DNA of 64,000 nt. Origin: Octopus vulgaris. Taxonomy: Eukaryota. The stretch is from contig OX597835.1 in assembly GCA_951406725.2 (NCBI GenBank), positions 16,740,001 to 16,804,000 of the forward strand. Direction: 5' to 3'. The notes under the pieces were generated by a model. The model ran no database searches, was not told where the DNA came from, and saw nothing but the letters and a program-made list of their open reading frames with translations. This document shows positions 58,755-64,000 of this stretch, one piece after another; the first letter of the stretch is position 1; every line of letters starts with the position of its first letter. A program made the position numbers and the translations under genes.

Positions 58755-59012
58755 CGTTAAGTTAGCGATGTCTGAGTTATGTCGGCTGTCCGTTACTAGG
58801 ACAGGCAACACGAAGGAACCATGCATGTTCGCCTGAAAGAACATATTGGTTATCACAGAACCGTTGCTATTCACAATAAATGGCTGACGCGTCTTGTTGG
58901 TGACGGGGTCACGTGACATCAACTTCTTGAGGCCATCACTAATCCGAATATTCCCAAACTGCTTGAAAGTATGGACTGAGTTGTTACCAATATCGGGATC
59001 GTCCACTTCATA
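58755..59012 (-). CDS. Cadherin-23-like gene, exon (last EC repeat), phase 0 to 0
   Basis: tttccag|TAT...ACG|gtgagt, 258 nt. Translates YEVDDPDIGNNS...PFIVNSNGSVITNMFFQANMHGSFVLPVLVTDSRHNSDIANLT, with a DxD motif and cadherin-like strands. Confidence 0.9.
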
Positions 59013-59383
59013 CTGGAAACGATGACGACGATGACGACGACGAGAAAAGAGAAAAATAAAGGAAAAGAATGTAGAGACGAGTTTTGTTTGTTGAAGGAAA
59101 AAAAAGTGCAATAACAAAAGACAATAACAACGAGAAAAACAAGTGTACATAGTCTGTAGTTGCTAGATCTTCTAGAAAGAATACACATGGCGCAGGAGTG
59201 GCTGTGTGGTAAGTAGCTTGCTTACCAACCATATGGTTCCGGGTTCAGTCTCACTGCGTGGCACCTTGGGCAAGTGTCTTCTACCATAGCCTCGGGCCGA
59301 CCAAAGCCTTGTGAGTGGATTTGGTAGACGGAAACTGAAAGAAGACCGTCGTATATATGTATAGATATATGTATATATATATA

Positions 59384-59414
<31 letters not shown>

Positions 59415-60617
59415 TTGTGTGTCTGTGTTTGTCCCCCCTAGCATTGCTTGACAACCGATGCTGGTGTGTTTACGTCCTCGTAACTTAACGGCACCTTGGT
59501 CAAGTGTCTTCTACTATAGCCTCGGATCAACCAAAGCCTTGTGAGTGGATTTGGTAGACGGAAACTGAAAGAAGCCCGTCGTATATATGTATATATATAT
59601 ATATGTATATGTGTGTGTGCGTGTGTGTTTGTGTGTCTGTGTTTGTCCCCCTAGCATTGCTTGACAACCGATGCTGGTGTGTTTACGTCCTCGTAACTTA
59701 GCGGCACCTTGGTCAAGTGTCTTCTACTATAGCCTCGGGCCAACCAAAGCCTTGTGAGTGGATTTGGTAGACGGAAACTGAAAGAAGCCCGTCGTATATA
59801 TGTATATATATATATGTATATGTGTGTGTGTGTGTTTGTGTGTCTGTGTTTGTCCCCCTAGCATTGCTTGACAACCGATGCTGGTGTGTTTACGTCCTCG
59901 TAACTTAGCGGCACCTTGGTCAAGTGTCTTCTACTATAGCCTCGGGCCGACCAAAGCCTTGTGAGTGGATTTGGTAGACGGAAACTGAAAGAAGCCCGTC
60001 GTATATATGTATATATATATATGTATATATATATATGTATATGTGTGTGTGTATGTGTTTGTGTGTCTGTGTTTGTCCCCCTAGCATTGCTTAACAACCG
60101 ATGCTGGTGTGTTTATGTCCCCGTCACTTAGCGGTTCGGCAAAAAAGAGACCGATAGAATAAGTACTGGGGGCTTACAAAGAATAAGTCCCGGGGTCGAG
60201 TTGCTCGACTAAAGGCGGTGCTCCAGCATGGCCGCAGTCAACTGACTGAAACAAGTAAAAGAAGAAAAAAAAGAAAAAGAAAAATGGCAACTGAATTTTC
60301 CTCATATAACACACTAGCAACTTAAAAAAAATATATGAAAGAACAGATTGGTTTATGTCGTTAGAGATAACGTTGAAGTGACAGAGATTGAAGAAGAGGC
60401 AGAAGGGAAAAGAAAGTTTCTTGTTAGTAAGTATTCATTACACAGAAGAATTTGAATGAAAGTTGCCCATTTCTCCATCTTTGATGCAGCCAAATAAATA
60501 ACCATTTCGTAGAATCGCAAGATGCAGAAGAAACGTAGTTAAACTCTAAGTTTAAAATGAAGTCTTATGTGGACACATCAAACAAGAGAGCGAGAGATAA
60601 CGATAGACAGCGAGAGC

Positions 60618-60653
<36 letters not shown>

Positions 60654-61672
60654 CAGAGAGAGACAGAGACAGAGAGAGAGACAGAGAGAGAGACAGAGAG
60701 AGACAGAGAGAGACAGAGACAGAGGGAGACAGAGAGACAAATCGAATGAGAGCAGGAGAAAGAAAGGGGAAAAAAATGTCGGTTGAGTTCAGAAACTAAG
60801 TAGCGTAGTGTGGAAAAGATGGCTGTACGATGTTTAGCAATTCCTGTAGGTATGGAAGTTGTGCAGCTTTAAATTACAATCGTTAATTATGATTGACGCT
60901 CACTAATAGGATAGATTAGAAGCAATCTGTCGTACGACACATTCACTTAAAATGGTTGACCTTCATTTTAGAACATATAACATGTCTTGGCTGATTTTCT
61001 TCAGACAGTTTACAAAACATTTGAAGGAGAAATCTTTCGGTTTTACAAGGTGACGATCTGATGAAGTGTCATGTTTTATTTGTCTTCTCTTACACTTGAG
61101 ATTAGCTTTTTATTGGTTTTGAACAAAACCTCAACAGATAAAAATATACTAGTAGTAGTAATAGCAGTGTTGCTACATTATAAAAAGAAGCAGACTGCAA
61201 GTTCAGTGATCAGACAGTTGGAAGATATGGTTGAGCGATAGAAACAGTTTAATAAAATTCGTAAAATAAGATAAGTTAGTGTGCCGTGAGGCGAGGTGAG
61301 TTGTGAGAGATATCAGGAATCTTCAGGTCAATGTCTGAATGCAAAAAAAAAAAAGAGAAGAAAACCAAAACAGGCGAGGGAAGGGAAGAAGCGAGGCCGA
61401 GTGGGCGGCTGGGTCCTGGAAACAAGATTCTTGCAATAGGACAAATTCCGCTAAAAGGACCCGAAAACAAGGTCGTACTGTTAAACTAGCTGGATCTTGT
61501 GTTAGGACTTGGTAGTCGTATCAAAATAGGGGTCGTGCAACAACTGCGAATCATGTTTGTGGTGTTAAACTGTGTGTGTGTGTGTGAGTGTGTATGCGTG
61601 TGTGTGTGTGTGTGTGTGTGCGTGTGTGTACATGTGTGTATACATATACATACATATAAGTTTATATATATA

Positions 61673-62170
61673 CTAGCAGCATAGCCCGGCGTTGCCCGGG
61701 TATGTAAGAGCCCCTAGTAGGCAACGACTAATCCTAATCTAGTCCTTTCCCTCTAGGGAACGAAGGCGCATGTGTAGGTTGCAATGTCTTCTCTTCACTC
61801 GAATACTTCTGTGTATACGATGTTCCTAGCTGTCCCTTTGGGCGAAAACATGAAAACATCATTGCGCCTTCCAACGCGTGAACAGCCCACGTTGAGTTGA
61901 CCGTGGGCGAAGCACTGTTCACCCAACTGTAACCCAGCGACTTGTAGCGTTTGGCCTTGGGATTTATTGATGGACATTGCGAAGCAGAGTTTAACAGGAA
62001 ACTGAGAACGCCTGAAGTGGATTGGTAGGTCAGCGCCCGATGGTTGAAGGTGCATGCGTGGAATGAAGACGTCCTCTCCCTTCCCACAACCGGTAAGTAT
62101 TGTGGCCGTTATTAAATGTGGTGGCAAATGTTTCACAACCAGACGTGTGCCGTTGCACTGTTTAGGTGGA
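61673..62170 (-). mobile_element. Helitron 3' fragment (PIF1-like helicase C-terminus, hairpin, CTAG end)
   Basis: CNGTRLVV...FIPR...[24 protein letters not shown]...[11 protein letters not shown]...NIVYTEV*, followed by hairpin CCCGGGCAACGCCGGG then CTAG. Confidence 0.9.
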
Positions 62171-62219
62171 GTGTGTGTACATGTGTGTATACATATACAT
62201 ACATATAAGTTTATATATA

Positions 62220-62314
<95 letters not shown>

Positions 62315-62400
62315 ATATATGGGTACAGGACTTCAGAAAATGTAAACATGAAATACGAAGACAAACTTATATGTATGTATATGTATACATACATGCACAC

Positions 62401-62479
<79 letters not shown>

Positions 62480-63667
62480 CACACATACATATGCACATAT
62501 CTATATGCGTGTGTATGTATGTCTTTGTGTGCGTGTGTGTGTGTTGTGTTTGCTTCTCACCACCGCTTGACAACCGGAGCTGGCTTGTTTCCGTCTCCAT
62601 GACTTAGTAGTTCGGCAAAATTGACCGACCGAAGTACTGGTGTCGGTCGGCGGTGGGTGTGGGGAGATATCATGAAATATGGCATATACGCCCATTCATC
62701 CTGCTTGCATCAGGCGTCTCGAATACGAAACACCATAAAATCAGTGCAGGCTAAGATTTCTATAGTAAAATCCGTAGAGAGAACCTTAACAAGTGATGTA
62801 AAAGCACTGCTAACACAGAAGAACACAACATTGACTTATGAAAACGCTTAATATACTTTGTAGTATATTATGATTACAGAATGCTGAAGGGCAATAAAGG
62901 AGGAGTTTCAGCTGTAAGAGATTTAGGTGTCATTCTGAAAGAAATTTCGTTGCTATTTTTAGCATGTTGTTCGATCTTGTAAATGGTCTCTTATTGTGCC
63001 ATTGCCTCTAACTCTGATATTAGATTGTCTTCAGCTTTATCTGTTTATATTCAGGCACTGGAACACAGCTCGAAAGGAAACTGTCGTCTCTTCAAGAAAT
63101 ACCGAAATAGAAACTGGTTTTATAACACGGCCATGCATTCGTTTTCATTAAAGTAATTCTATATTCAAGGGAAACAACTCATATGTATGCATGCATGTAT
63201 GTATGTATACACACACACACATACACTCATACACACACATTCACACACATACACACACATAGGTAAAATGAGATTCATTATAAACTGTCAAATGGTGGAC
63301 ATTACGACAAATTAGCGGCCACCAAAATAAAATGGCGAATTGAAACTTGAGATTATCTCAAGAAAACGAACAAAAATATCAAATATACATTATTACATAT
63401 AAACGTAATTTGATTATTTTGCAAAATGGTGGATATCGCGACAAATTAACGAATATACGGAATAAAGGTTATTTGATTATTTTTGTTTTCTTCAAGTTTC
63501 TTCGCCATTTTATTGTGTCGTCTGCTATTCTGTCGTGATGTCTATCATTTTGCTGTGATGTTGATTGTTTACAGATTACTTTGAAAAATAAAAATCAAAC
63601 CTACAAACAACCGAAACAAGAACAAGGAACAAAGACCAAAGCAGTAAAATAGCAAAGAAGTCCTCAC

Positions 63668-63984
63668 CTGGAGCTCAAATATCGTGGTCCCAAAGTCGGT
63701 ATCCCTGGTAACACCAACACTCATTTTCTTCCTACGGTATTTGGGTGGGTTATCATTGATGTCAGTTATTACAACCTGAACCCAAAGATAAGAGGTTTCC
63801 TTGATTTCTCGTGTGTAAAAGTCCTCTGGATGCAGAGCAACCCCCCTAAGTTTGTGCTGGAAACATGTATTGGTGGCATTAATCAAAAGATTCACGCTAC
63901 TGTGTTTTTCTCGGTCAATTCTCCTTTGGATGTATAAACCTCCGGACGTCTGATTCAACCAGAAATAATCAACCATCTCACCAC
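63668..63984 (-). CDS. Cadherin-23-like gene, exon (cadherin repeats), phase 1 to 0
   Basis: Acceptor ttttgatag|GT and donor CAG|gtgagg. Translation includes IDRE and VVITDINDNPP (DxNDNxP cadherin Ca-binding linker). The gene continues upstream beyond the window end. Confidence 0.93.
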
Positions 63985-64000
63985 CTATCAAAAATACACA

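Overview
Eukaryotic, AT-rich, microsatellite-saturated genomic DNA. The SINE families and repeat landscape suggest an Octopus/coleoid cephalopod, which is an inference. Almost all ORFs in the supplied track are microsatellite artefacts. The genuine gene content is the 3' part of a minus-strand cadherin-23-like gene (six phase-compatible GT-AG exons between 63984 and 43085 covering the last cadherin repeats and the membrane-adjacent domain), a probable terminal exon at 23891-23563 and one tRNA-Arg(TCG). The rest is mobile DNA: three tRNA-derived SINE families, LINE remnants (Tx1/L1, Dong/R4, RTE, CR1-like), mariner, hAT, Helitron and Helentron-type elements. The most striking hidden layer is about 20 type-I hammerhead ribozyme (HHR) motifs from at least 7 unrelated sequence families, all folded by hand. 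Most sit in short, often head-to-head inverted, (TA)n-embedded fragments typical of Penelope-like retroelements, and one is directly linked to a GIY-YIG-like ORF end. Their cores show compensatory 3-8 pair changes (C-G, U-A, G-C) plus recurrent U4C and A6U variants. One 307-nt highly structured HHR element flanked by an 11-bp direct repeat looks like a retrozyme monomer. A tRNA-headed element shows the same Penelope-style inverted geometry. No ribozyme activity or database identity could be tested here.
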